The notes beneath the pieces are model-generated. The model was not told the origin of the DNA and ran no database searches. It saw nothing but the letters and a program-made list of their open reading frames with translations. Of a stretch of 64,000 bases of DNA, positions 42,155-51,975 are shown piece by piece (positions within the stretch are counted from its first letter, which is position 1; every line of letters begins with the position of its first letter). The stretch lies in the NCBI GenBank assembly GCA_963749655.1, contig CAVVOB010000016.1, positions 32,001 to 96,000 on the forward strand, written 5' to 3'. A program made the translations under genes and the position numbers. The DNA comes from Nitrospirota bacterium (GTDB lineage Bacteria; Nitrospirota; UBA9217).

Positions 42155-43099
42155 TCAGACTATTTTCAATACGATCTTTCCCCTCGCCCTGCCGGTCTCG
42201 CTGTACGCAAGGGCCTCTTTAGTCCGGTCCAGAGGAAACACCTTGTCGATAATAACCTTAACCCTGCCCTCCGCGATCCGGTCGGCCATCCATTCCCGGT
42301 CCCCTGCATTTGCCTTGACCCACATGGTGCGTGCCTTCTTGCCGGGCAGGATCGCAGTAACGATCTGATCGACGATCGTCCTGTTCGGAAGCGTGCAAAC
42401 GTAGATTCCGCGGCTGGTCAGGACCCTTCTGCACTCGCTGAACGAACGGCTGGAAACGGCGTCAAAGACAAGATCGTATCGTTCGGAGCCTCGAGTGAAA
42501 TCCTCCTTCGTGTAATCGATAACCCGGTCCGCGCCGAGGTCCCTTACGAAATTTGCGTTCCTTCCGCTGCAGACGCCGGTCACGTCCGCTGACAGGACTT
42601 TCGCGATCTGGACAGCGAAGTGGCCCACTCCGCCCGAAGCCCCGTTGATCAGGACCTTGCTGCCGGCAGCTGTTCTTCCATGATCTCGAAGCGCCTGGAG
42701 CGCTGTCAGGCCTGCGATGGGAAGGCACGCCGCCGCCTCATAGGAGAGAGCGGCCGGCTTTGGAAATACCGTTCTCATGTCTGCGCAGGTGTATTCTGCG
42801 TAAGTTCCCAGCCGCCGGACACCGGCAAGCAGGATAACCCCGTCGCCTCTCCTGAATGCCGTGACGTTCCTGCCGATCGCCGCAACATCGCCCGCACACT
42901 CGCACCCCAGTACCTTGGGAAACCGCATTCCGGTGAGGATCCGGGCCTGCCCGTACCGCGCCTTCCAGTCCACCGGGTTCACGCTCGCGGCGCGTACGGC
43001 AACAAGCACCTCCGTGGGCCCCGGATCCGGAACCGGCACTTCACGCACCTGAAGCACCTCGTTCCCGCCATATCGTTCAAAGACGATCGCTTTCATATT
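42155..43099 (-). CDS. NAD(P)-dependent MDR family oxidoreductase
   Basis: MKAIVFERYG, AASVNPVDWK, GLTALQAL, NGASGGVGHFAVQIAK, GRARGKIVL. Confidence 0.92.
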   Translation of the reverse strand, partial: NMKAIVFERYGGNEVLQVREVPVPDPGPTEVLVAVRAASVNPVDWKARYGQARILTGMRFPKVLGCECAGDVAAIGRNVTAFRRGDGVILLAGVRRLGTYAEYTCADMRTVFPKPAALSYEAAACLPIAGLTALQALRDHGRTAAGSKVLINGASGGVGHFAVQIAKVLSADVTGVCSGRNANFVRDLGADRVIDYTKEDFTRGSERYDLVFDAVSSRSFSECRRVLTSRGIYVCTLPNRTIVDQIVTAILPGKKARTMWVKANAGDREWMADRIAEGRVKVIIDKVFPLDRTKEALAYSETGRARGKIVLKIV

Positions 43100-43426
43100 T
43101 ACTCTCATCTATCCGGCTTGGCAGCAGCCTGAGTGAGTCTGCTCCGGAAGAGCTTCCGGATATCGCCATCACATCCACATCCGTAGTGCGGGCCACCTCC
43201 CCGCTCCGTGCATTTGACCTGACCGATGCACGGTTGTTTTGAAGCTTACCATATTTATTTAAAATAAATGGCAGTCTTTGTGAAGTCAATAAGACTGCAA
43301 GAATCTGTCGCCCTACCGTCTCACTCACCGTAAAGGGGCAAATGAATTCCGGGACTTTGGTTTTCACCCTTTCAGTCTATCCGCGTAAAACCTTATAAAT
43401 TATTGGTGTACCAGTGCTGAAAAACC

Positions 43427-43454
43427 TTGCAACTGACGCTAAAACGGGTATAAT
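43427..43454 (+). promoter_or_regulatory. Sigma70 promoter upstream of the RRM gene
   Basis: TTGCAA-N16-TATAAT about 270 nt before the start codon. Confidence 0.5.
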
Positions 43455-43722
43455 AAGCATACAAGTCGTCATCAGCGAGGCAGGGCGAACGCATTTTTCC
43501 GGAACGTCCGCGCCTCATCATCGGTCACTGACTCCTCCTGCTCTCACCTTTTCGAACCTCAAAAAAGCGACAGCAAGCACAGTTGGCGAACGATGCAACT
43601 CGGCCGGTTACATGCGCAGGTCCTACTTCCCACGGCGGGAAGAAGTGTTACCTGCGAAAAGGACGTAAACGCGCTGTGCGGGACGCCCGTCAGCGCGAAT
43701 TCTGCATCACACGGGAGGCATC

Positions 43723-44067
43723 ATGGCGAAGAAATTGTATGTCGGGAATCTGTCGTACAACACCCACGAGGAGGATTTACGCGAAGCCTTTTCGAAAATC
43801 GGAGAAGTTGTGTCCGCAACGCTGATCGTCGATCAGACGAACGGCAGGTCCAAAGGATTCGGTTTCGTGGAAATGGCGTCGGATGAGGACGCTGAAAAGG
43901 CGATCTCAACCATGAACGGTACGTCGTTCATGGACAGGACGATCACGGTAAACGAGGCCCGTCCGAAGACTGAAGGCGGTCGCGGGTTCGGCGGCGGTGG
44001 TGGCGGCGGCAGAGGCGGCAATCGCGGCGGCGGATACGGCGGCGGAGGTAATCGGTCTTGGAGGTAA
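43723..44067 (+). CDS. RRM RNA-binding protein with Gly-rich tail
   Basis: RNP2 LYVGNL, RNP1 KGFGFVEM, VNEARP, GR-rich tail. Confidence 0.95.
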   Translation: MAKKLYVGNLSYNTHEEDLREAFSKIGEVVSATLIVDQTNGRSKGFGFVEMASDEDAEKAISTMNGTSFMDRTITVNEARPKTEGGRGFGGGGGGGRGGNRGGGYGGGGNRSWR

Positions 44068-44300
44068 GAGTCCAGTCCCGGGACATCGAAAAGGCACTGC
44101 GAAACCTCAAGAAGAAGCTCCAGCTCGACGGGGTATTCGGGGAGCTGAAGAAGCGGCGCTTTTACGAAAAGCCCTCGGTGAAAAAAAAGCGGAAGCAGCT
44201 GGAGGCGCAGAAGCGAAAACGGAAGCTCCTCAAGCGCTCACGCCCGGGTAATTCATCGCCGAGGCCGGGAACGGCAGCGCAATCGCTGCCTCGGACCTGA
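44058..44300 (+). CDS. rpsU: 30S ribosomal protein S21
   Basis: DIEKALRNLKKK...ELKKRRFYEKPSVKKKRK. TTG start overlaps the RRM gene end. Confidence 0.85.
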   Translation: MEVRVQSRDIEKALRNLKKKLQLDGVFGELKKRRFYEKPSVKKKRKQLEAQKRKRKLLKRSRPGNSSPRPGTAAQSLPRT

Positions 44301-44475
44301 CCGTAAATAAGCCGCAACACAACGGTCAATAAAGATCCCATGCGTCCTGACACGGAGACGCCACTCAGTGAACGGTACAGGACGCAAAAAGGCTGCATCA
44401 ACATCCGGGCCTAACCGGAAGCGCAATGAACTGCCGTTGTCTCTAAGCAAAGAAGCGCAATAGAGACTGTAGTTT

Positions 44476-44592
44476 AATGTCCCGATTCGTGCGAAAGCGC
44501 CACTTCAGCCTGTACCGGCGTTTTGCAGACCGAGGCTAAGGCTGGAATCCGGTTATTTCAAAGCCGGATGCCGGATCAGGTCCGGTATGGCG
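44476..44592. repeat. REP-like palindromic element
   Basis: ..ggctggaatccgg..ccggatgccggatcaggtccggtatg. Confidence 0.45.
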
Positions 44593-44735
44593 AAGAGGGT
44601 ATTTAAATGAAACAGGGGCAGGTTGCCGCCGCTCAGGTCCGGACTGTCTGTTTCCACCTCGCTTGCTTGACTTCATAACCTGCCGGTGCCCTCATACCCG
44701 GCTTGGTATAAATTTCTTCCCTCAGGAGGTGCCTA

Positions 44736-44900
44736 TTGGGAAAACCGAACTTCAGTTTTCAAAAACGCCAGAGGGAACTTGCCAAGAAAAAAAAGAACGA
44801 GGAAAAGAAACAACGCAAACTTGAACAAAGTTCAGTAAAACCCGCTGAGGATCAGCAGCAGAGCTCCGAGTCCGGAGAAGACATAAAAAACGGTGACTGA
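44736..44900 (+). CDS. Small Lys/Glu-rich protein (54 aa), not in the ORF track
   Basis: AGGAGG RBS and TTG start. MGKPNFSFQKRQRELAKKKKNEEKKQRKLEQ... Confidence 0.7.
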   Translation: MGKPNFSFQKRQRELAKKKKNEEKKQRKLEQSSVKPAEDQQQSSESGEDIKNGD

Positions 44901-45024
44901 CCCGGCAATCAGAACAGGGGGGGCCGGAGAAAAGGAGATACGGTATGGCAGCTTCACGGCAAGGCGCAAAAAAAGAAGTAAAAAAACCAAAGAGCAAAAA
45001 GAAGTAATTATTGCAGCCGGCTGA

Positions 45025-45444
45025 CTAACCCCGCGGCAAACCGCGGGAAACGCGATCACTCCGCAAGTCAGCCTGTTTTGTGTACCGGATGCTCACTTCA
45101 TAACCGATACTCGCATGTGCGGAAGAAAAGTTCGTCCCCTGACAGGCGATCCTACCGGTGGCCGAGGTCTTGCGTGCTTTCACCATGGCTTTGACCACCG
45201 GGGCGAGATCATAGCCTCCGTCCGTACACCCGTCCTGAAAACATTTCATATGAAAGCTGGCATAATTTGCCGGCAGGAAACTGAGCGTGCGCTGCATCAG
45301 AACCGGAGCCAAACCGCGCTGAAAATAGGTAAGGTGAAATTCGATGCTCGAAACACCGGAATAGCGCTCTGAAACCAGACCGTCCGCAATCATCGCCGCT
45401 TTCTCCAGCTCAAGTTTTGCTTTATAATTCTGTCTGTAATTCAT
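45025..45444 (-). CDS. Hypothetical Cys-containing protein
   Basis: RBS GAGG. MNYRQNYKAK..FHMKCFQDGCTDGGYDL..GRIACQG. Confidence 0.65.
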   Translation of the reverse strand: MNYRQNYKAKLELEKAAMIADGLVSERYSGVSSIEFHLTYFQRGLAPVLMQRTLSFLPANYASFHMKCFQDGCTDGGYDLAPVVKAMVKARKTSATGRIACQGTNFSSAHASIGYEVSIRYTKQADLRSDRVSRGLPRG

Positions 45445-45477
45445 AGTCCTCTTTTCAGGCCGGCCTAGTCCAGGAAC

Positions 45478-45562
45478 AAAAAAAGCCACAGATCCTTGTG
45501 GCTTGGCTCAAGGGTTGCTAATACGTATGTTTTACTATAACACTTTACCGGTACTATTACAA
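45478..45562 (-). promoter_or_regulatory. Sigma70 promoter followed by a terminator-like hairpin
   Basis: TTGTAA-N17-TATAGT (45562-45534), then AAGCCACA-aggatc-TGTGGCTT plus a T-run before the ATG at 45444. Confidence 0.55.
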
Positions 45563-45654
45563 CAGGTGTTTTCAAAACAGAGGTAAATTGCGCCGCTGCG
45601 GACAGCCTTCTGCGTCACGTACTTTTGAAGAGCACACCCGCTTTTACACAGCCC

Positions 45655-46335
45655 TCACCCCCGAATTACGAGCAGCGTGCGCCGCTCACCGTTTGCCGCA
45701 GCGCGCTCAACCTGGATTCCGCATCCCTCGCCGTACACCATCTCGATCGCCTCTATAAAGCCCGGACTCAGTCTGCGCGAATCCGGCGCTTGCCGAACAT
45801 TGCAGCTGAACTTGGATGCATCACTGATAATACCGAGGACCTCCACTCCTTCCGAGAAGTGCAAAGGCCAGAGCATGCAGACCTTCGGCTTCACCTCGGC
45901 CAGGGGTAAGCCGAGCACCATCGCGACGGTGTGCAATGAGCACTGTATCCGTCGACGGGACCGGTAGGCGAAGAGGCACAGGCCGTCCTCGGTCGTGTCG
46001 ATAGAAAAAAGTCCGGGCTCTTCCTTCTCGAACACGTTGTCGTATCCCCCAGCGGTCAGGAGATGGGGACAGAACCTCGCCGCCTCGGGCAAGACCCTGA
46101 TGATCCTCCGCAGCTCCGCAGTGGTAACACAGACCTCGTAGGACGAGCAACAGCACCGGCCTCCTTTGACGCAGCCGTTGCATCGGTTTTCAAGGGATAC
46201 AAGCAACTCGACGTCTACCTCGACGCTGCGGCGCTCATATCGGGACTGATGCTGTGTGCGACTGTTTTTCGGCCTCTTCGGTTGCATAGTCGTCATGGGT
46301 GGTGCGCATCCCGCGTTAATATAGGCATTGATCAT
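45655..46335 (-). CDS. CxxCxxxxxCC Cys-cluster protein (DUF3109/YkgJ-like)
   Basis: CNGCVKGGRCCCS, GLCLFA, CSLH, KPKVCMLWPL. Start uncertain. Confidence 0.7.
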   Translation of the reverse strand: MINAYINAGCAPPMTTMQPKRPKNSRTQHQSRYERRSVEVDVELLVSLENRCNGCVKGGRCCCSSYEVCVTTAELRRIIRVLPEAARFCPHLLTAGGYDNVFEKEEPGLFSIDTTEDGLCLFAYRSRRRIQCSLHTVAMVLGLPLAEVKPKVCMLWPLHFSEGVEVLGIISDASKFSCNVRQAPDSRRLSPGFIEAIEMVYGEGCGIQVERAAANGERRTLLVIRG

Positions 46336-46565
46336 GTGATGCTCAAGCTGCAGATGTACGGGTCACCTTAGCTCCTAACAGGGGGACAAGTCAAGCCTGC
46401 GACCGGAATTGTCATATTTTTTTTGGGGGGTTGACCTGGGTAATAAAGGGGCTAATATTGAATGATAGGCTCTAATTAGGCCAGTTATAATGAACAGCCT
46501 ATGGTTCGCTTATCACACAATGCGCATTATTACAATGACTTATATTGTTTTAAAAAAGGTACTAC

Positions 46566-46585
46566 AATTGCAATCTATTGCAATT
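46566..46585. promoter_or_regulatory. Perfect palindrome upstream of the diguanylate cyclase
   Basis: AATTGCAAT-ct-ATTGCAATT. Confidence 0.5.
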
Positions 46586-46700
46586 AGAGTCTTACCCTTA
46601 AATGGAACATTTTCTCGGGAAATACACGTTTCCTGAAGCAAAAACAAGGAGCGCAAGGCATTGACAGGGTTCACAAACGATGCCGAGCGGGATTTACCCT

Positions 46701-47789
46701 ATGGCAGACCCGGATCTGATTGAAATCATCAAGCTGTGCATATCCCTGGATGTTACTGCCTACAAAACCTACCTCGGCATATCACAGGCTACGGTCAACC
46801 CCGATTTAAAACAATTTTGGGCCGATATGGCTGCTGAAGAAAAGGAGCACGCCGATTACTGGAACAGCGCCCTCAAACTGGCCGAGCAGGACAGCATCCC
46901 GCAGCTCTTCGATGATCCGCAAAAGATCAGGGAGGAGCTGTCCGGCATTCGGAATAAGATAGACACCCTGCTCAAACACGATAACGATCCCAGCAACGTA
47001 ACGGACACCTTTCTGATGGCTTACCGGATGGAGTTCTTCATGACCCATCATGCCTTCGAAACCCTGCTCCAGTTCGTGAACTGCATGGAGCTCAAAAAAG
47101 ACGCCGAGCAATTCTATGAACGACATATCGACAAATTTATCGACGCCATGAACAAGTTCGGGGCCAGCACTCCGTCGCTCGAACTTCTGGGAGAGTCGCT
47201 CAGGCGGTTGTGGAGGGAGAACAGGGCACTCTCTGCTCTCAGCAGCATCGATGAATTGACAGGCATCAGAAACAGGAGGGGCTTTTTCAGCATCATCCAT
47301 ACCTTCGGCTCGCTCGCGAAACGGAACAGGTTCACGATCGGCATAATGATAGCGGACATCGATCATTTTAAAAGGATCAATGATACCTATGGTCATGCGA
47401 AGGGCGACGAGGTCCTGAAAAGAACTGCGCAGATCCTTCAGAAAAAGATCAGGCCCTCTGACGTCCTGGGAAGATTTGGCGGCGAGGAGTTCATTATCTA
47501 CATGAACCAGATCGATCCCCGCGTTGCCTACGATGTCGCGGAAAAGCTCAGGTTGGCGGTCGAAGAATTCCGGGAGGACGGGATCGGGGTGACGATCAGC
47601 ATAGGGGTATCGTGCGGAATCCTGCCGATGGACAGCGATGTGGACTCTTCTCTGTCCGAATACGTAAAGCGGGCCGATGCCTGTCTTTACGAGGCAAAGA
47701 ACAGCGGCAGGAACAAGGTCGTTGCGGCGGCTTCGCCCGATGAGCTCCAGGTTCCGAAAAAAACGACGGCGCCGCTGTCAGCGATGTGA
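46701..47789 (+). CDS. Diguanylate cyclase with N-terminal ferritin/rubrerythrin-like domain
   Basis: EEKEH in the N-domain, DELTGIRNRRG, DIDHFKRINDTYGH, RPSD..GGEEF. Confidence 0.9.
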   Translation: MADPDLIEIIKLCISLDVTAYKTYLGISQATVNPDLKQFWADMAAEEKEHADYWNSALKLAEQDSIPQLFDDPQKIREELSGIRNKIDTLLKHDNDPSNVTDTFLMAYRMEFFMTHHAFETLLQFVNCMELKKDAEQFYERHIDKFIDAMNKFGASTPSLELLGESLRRLWRENRALSALSSIDELTGIRNRRGFFSIIHTFGSLAKRNRFTIGIMIADIDHFKRINDTYGHAKGDEVLKRTAQILQKKIRPSDVLGRFGGEEFIIYMNQIDPRVAYDVAEKLRLAVEEFREDGIGVTISIGVSCGILPMDSDVDSSLSEYVKRADACLYEAKNSGRNKVVAAASPDELQVPKKTTAPLSAM

Positions 47790-47932
47790 TGCGCAGGGAA
47801 CACCTGCAGACCCTTCCCGTGAGAGCATGATCCCTCTGATGGGACAAGAGAGAGTGCCAGTTCGATGGTATCCCTTCATGAAAGACGCGTTTCCCGATGA
47901 GCAGAACCTGTTACGGGATTGGTGCGGCGAAA

Positions 47933-50719
47933 CTACTGCCGCGCCAGAAACATCCAGAGATAAGCAGCTGCAAGCATGAGAACAGGAACAGAGTGTTTTC
48001 CTAACTGCTTTTTACCCCCTGCCCGTACCCGCCGCAATTTTGCAAGAACACCCGTTGACCCGGCTGCCGCAACGAGTACCAGAAACGTCTGAAATGTCCT
48101 GATGAACGTCGATGAGGCGCTGATACCCGGGAGCTCCACACCCAGCCCTGCCTGCCTCCCCAGCACGGCAAACAGCTGCCCGCCGAGCGTCAAAAGACGT
48201 TCCAGGTGATATCCGGCCTCAAAGGCGAATACCAGCGGTAACAGAATATAGACGCTCCTGTACCATTGCCCCTCTGTTTCCGGTCCCGCCTGCTCGAAAA
48301 ACGATTTCGCGGCGACCCTGGCAAATATCGCCGAGACCAGAACCGACAACGCCATGAACGACAGTGCACCGGCCCAGGTGTCGACCATGGCGCCGTGAAG
48401 CCAGCCAATCCGCTCCATGCCGCGAAACAGCTGTGTTCCCATCAAGGCGATACCCACGACAGCGATGCTCTTATCAGGCGTTCGCACGGTCCAGAGATCG
48501 TAGCCAGGGAGCCGCAGGTTCAGCACCGGCGAATCGTTCGAACAGATCTTGACGCAGGTGCCGCAGAGGACGCAGTTCCGGTTGGACATCAGAAAAAATG
48601 GACCTTCGAACATGGGGCAGCCCTCGTGCCGTTCATCGCCGGTGTAGCATTCGTGCTTCAGACAGGCGCTGTTGCAGATGCCGTAATTGGAACGGAGCTC
48701 CAGGATAGAACAGTTGGCAAGGGTTCCGACGATGCTGCCGAGCGGGCAGAGATAGCGGCACCAGGTGCTGCGCTGGAACAAAAATCCCGAAAGAGCGGCC
48801 AGCGCAGCGATCGAAAGGACAAGCAGCGCCGTCGCCCGCGGCGACTGAAGCATGCCCGCGGCGGACTCCGCCGCGATGATGACCGCTATGCCCAGGGCGC
48901 TGAGGTGTAATCCGTAGTTCCGCAGAAACACGGGGACCTTCAGATGATGTCCGACGGTGCGCCTGACCAGCTGGCTTAACGCGCCCACGGGACAAACACC
49001 GCACCACATGCGGGTGACAAAAAACGCGCTGATGATCAGCATCGGTTCCCACAGCCCCCAGGTAAGTATGAGTGCGATGTTGCGGTCGGGGTCCTGGACG
49101 CCGAACAGACCGAGACCGACGAGGAGAGCGATAAAGGGAGCTGTGACCAGGATGCCGGCCCGGGGATAGAACGTACTGACGAACAGGTTCTTGATCGGAC
49201 CGTATTTGAGGAGATTGACGGTGAACTTCCCGGTTACCGGCGGCGGGCCGATGAAGATATCTTCCAGCGTGAGCCGGTCGCCGCGGGCAATGCTGACCGC
49301 CCGGCGCATGACGACGGAAAGCTCCTCGGTGTTCCCCGGCCAATTATAGCCCATAACGGCCTTGTAAGCCTCATCGTCGATTTCTTTGACATTCTTGTCT
49401 ATTTTTCTGTTATTGCGTTTGATCAGCTCGTTCACGATCATGGGAATGTCTTTTTTCCGCTTTCTGAGGGGGGGTACGGCAAGGGACTGGGAGGCGAGAA
49501 GATCATTCAGGCGCCTGTCGAATACGCCGTCCGCAGTAAGGGCGGCCAGGTCTGCGCTTGATGTGGCAATGATCCGGGCATTCGACGGGACCAGGTCCTT
49601 TTCGCCGACGGCGTGGAACCAGGACCTTTCGAGATAATCCGCAAGCTGTTCCTGCACCCGCATTGCGAGACGCTCAATATTCTCGATCACGACCATTCCG
49701 TTACGCGCCATGAAGATAAGGCCCATCCGCTTGTCCGGCGCGAACGGCAGGGCGTTGTAACCCCGTCCGAACAGCGTACCCGCCTGGATCAGCTCGACGG
49801 TGATCGGATCATCGACGTTCACTTCCTGCGCTTCCGGGAAACCGGCGGTTTTCGCGTTCATGCCCATGAAAAGTCCTGCGGAGTCCTTCCCCATCATGTG
49901 AATCAGACCCGCAGCGTCCAGAAGTTCCGTGCCCGGCTCGCCGTGTACGAGCACCGGCTGCACGTTCCCGGCTACACGCTCGATATCGGTCAGCAGTTTC
50001 ATGACGATGGCGCTGTTGCCGATGAGCATGGGTACTTCACGCTTTTGCTGTTCGGCGATGAACTGGCGATAGGCTGTACCGGCGGAAGAAGCATCAGCGA
50101 TGTGAACATTGCTCCGGGCCAGCCTTTCCGCAAGAATGCGGGCGCATGTTTTTGCGGCAGCGGAGTTGGAAAAGACCACCTTGATGAAGGCTTCGCGGGG
50201 GATGCAGATCAGACACGTCCGCTCCGTGGTCTCAACTGCGGCGGAACGCTGTTCGTTCGTCAAAAGAGCGATCTCGCCGAAGCCATCGCCGGGCCCGAGA
50301 ACGTCAAAGGTGACGGCGCTGGTTCCGCCGTTTTCCTTAAAGACCCGGACCGCGCCTGAAGCGACAACGTAATAGTTGTCGCCCTTGTCATGACTGCGGC
50401 AGACGATCTCACCGGCCGGCACGATCATGCTTCGCGCTGCTGCTGTGAGTTCCCTCAAAGCCTCGGGACTGAGGGCTTCAAACAGATCGACACGAAGAAG
50501 AATGTCTTCCCACAGCACGCGCAGGACCGCGTCCAGGTCCGTCGAATCGATTTCGCCCTGCTCAACGATGATGCGGCCGAGGGGTTTATACAGGCCCTGC
50601 TTATCGAGCTCCGCCTGGATCTCCAGCGCCCTGGCGATGATGTCGGTCTTGCCGGAAAAACTCCGGGCAAGATAGGCCCCCAGATGCTCCTGGTTCCTAT
50701 CAGTCGTTTTTTGTCCCAC
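47933..50719 (-). CDS. Fusion of cNMP-binding, degenerate sigma54-activator AAA+ and NapH-like 4Fe-4S membrane domains
   Basis: GDGFGEIALL..RSAAV, VPPLRKRKKDI, YNWPGNTEEL, RMWCGVCPVG, WCRYLCPLG, CVLCGTCVKIC. Confidence 0.85.
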   Translation of the reverse strand: MGQKTTDRNQEHLGAYLARSFSGKTDIIARALEIQAELDKQGLYKPLGRIIVEQGEIDSTDLDAVLRVLWEDILLRVDLFEALSPEALRELTAAARSMIVPAGEIVCRSHDKGDNYYVVASGAVRVFKENGGTSAVTFDVLGPGDGFGEIALLTNEQRSAAVETTERTCLICIPREAFIKVVFSNSAAAKTCARILAERLARSNVHIADASSAGTAYRQFIAEQQKREVPMLIGNSAIVMKLLTDIERVAGNVQPVLVHGEPGTELLDAAGLIHMMGKDSAGLFMGMNAKTAGFPEAQEVNVDDPITVELIQAGTLFGRGYNALPFAPDKRMGLIFMARNGMVVIENIERLAMRVQEQLADYLERSWFHAVGEKDLVPSNARIIATSSADLAALTADGVFDRRLNDLLASQSLAVPPLRKRKKDIPMIVNELIKRNNRKIDKNVKEIDDEAYKAVMGYNWPGNTEELSVVMRRAVSIARGDRLTLEDIFIGPPPVTGKFTVNLLKYGPIKNLFVSTFYPRAGILVTAPFIALLVGLGLFGVQDPDRNIALILTWGLWEPMLIISAFFVTRMWCGVCPVGALSQLVRRTVGHHLKVPVFLRNYGLHLSALGIAVIIAAESAAGMLQSPRATALLVLSIAALAALSGFLFQRSTWCRYLCPLGSIVGTLANCSILELRSNYGICNSACLKHECYTGDERHEGCPMFEGPFFLMSNRNCVLCGTCVKICSNDSPVLNLRLPGYDLWTVRTPDKSIAVVGIALMGTQLFRGMERIGWLHGAMVDTWAGALSFMALSVLVSAIFARVAAKSFFEQAGPETEGQWYRSVYILLPLVFAFEAGYHLERLLTLGGQLFAVLGRQAGLGVELPGISASSTFIRTFQTFLVLVAAAGSTGVLAKLRRVRAGGKKQLGKHSVPVLMLAAAYLWMFLARQ

Positions 50720-51320
50720 GATTCGCTCTCACTGCCCGGATGCGCCTGACCGCCGATGGTGCAGCATTTCGGAATACGGCAGCATCTCTATTTCCTTCGC
50801 CTGATTAAAACCTTTCCGTACCGAAACGCGTTCGGATCGTTTTTTTTTATTCCTCTTCCGAGAATCGGGCTTCTTTTCGTACAAAGTCTGAAAAAGTCTC
50901 TTTACCAGTATGTTGCGGGAAAAAACATCATGAATCTCAATTCGCACTGCACGCAGACAATGTATCGTCTGTTTCGCAAAAAAACCTCCGCAGAGAGTGT
51001 ATATCTTATTATACAATATCATCTGCAATCAGGAACGGAGGCGGTCGGGTTACGACCCGCACACTGGCGCGAACTGACTCAGGTCATGCACAGCAAGGGA
51101 ACTCTCGTGTGTTGAGCTTGGTGCAGGATAACAGCAGGACCGGGACTTCTGCAGAGCGGAAAACGACGATCAGCAAAAAATACGCTTGAGATTCGTTTCC
51201 TTACAGGAAATGGCGGTATTTCAGAAGGGGAAATATGAAATTTGAGTACAGCAGTTGAAAAAAAATCCCGAAGGTGACCGTGAGATTACGAGATTATGCG
51301 TCGAGCTGAACAAAAAAATG

Positions 51321-51449
51321 CTATTGTTTCTCCATCAGCCAATCGAGCACAAACCACGCTGCGACCAGAACGGCGACAAGAAAGACGATCTTCCCGATGT
51401 TCAACCAGGCGTTGCCCTCTTCCTCGTGTATTTCCGGATCAATGCCCAT
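51321..51449 (-). CDS. Small single-TM protein
   Basis: MGIDPEIHEEEGNAWLNIGKIVFLVAVLVAAWFVLDWLMEKQ with a purine-rich RBS. Confidence 0.55.
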   Translation of the reverse strand: MGIDPEIHEEEGNAWLNIGKIVFLVAVLVAAWFVLDWLMEKQ

Positions 51450-51541
51450 ATCGTTCCCTTCTTCACGACACAGGATTTTGCACACCCTTGCCGCAAGCTG
51501 CGTCAATTACGCATGTTCCGAAAACAGTCCCTGCGGGAGGT

Positions 51542-51856
51542 TCACTGCATCATGATTGACTGGTTTGCACGACGAAATTGTTCGATGATCTCAGTCGTGG
51601 ACGGCAGATCTGCCGAGACCGCCGGCGCCTTCATGTCCTTCACAAAATAGGCCGTGGTAAACTCATAGCACTCGAGAATCGCCAGGCAGTCCCTGCCGCT
51701 GCAGGTGCCGTAGCTCACGTGGCGGATGTTGCCATCATGTAAAAATATACGGACCAGGTTCTCGCTCTTCTCCCTCACCGCGACAAAAAGTGCGCCGCTC
51801 TTCTTCTCTCCATGAAAATCATGCAGCACATCCCCCAGCATTTTCATCACAGACAT
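51542..51856 (-). CDS. Hypothetical protein (DUF4388-like)
   Basis: KKSGALFV..RIFLHDGNIRHV, GGAGG RBS. Confidence 0.6.
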   Translation of the reverse strand: MSVMKMLGDVLHDFHGEKKSGALFVAVREKSENLVRIFLHDGNIRHVSYGTCSGRDCLAILECYEFTTAYFVKDMKAPAVSADLPSTTEIIEQFRRANQSIMMQ

Positions 51857-51975
51857 GTTCCCTCCCCTGCGGAATCGTCCCTGAAGATCGGTGTTCCTGA
51901 GTACCGCAGCGCGTGCGTCCAGCGCAAGAACCGCGGGACACTCCGGTCAAGCCCGGTCGCAATCCCGCGGCAGCC

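Noticed and set aside
44378-44420. c-di-GMP-I (GEMM) riboswitch
   Set aside because: GACGCAAA and GGCCTAA are present, but the spacing is wrong and the 5' GGYAAA/GAAA stem is missing.
50729-51115. Overlapping ~100-aa ORFs upstream of the 928-aa gene
   Set aside because: They have no RBS or recognisable motif, and the region is more likely regulatory.
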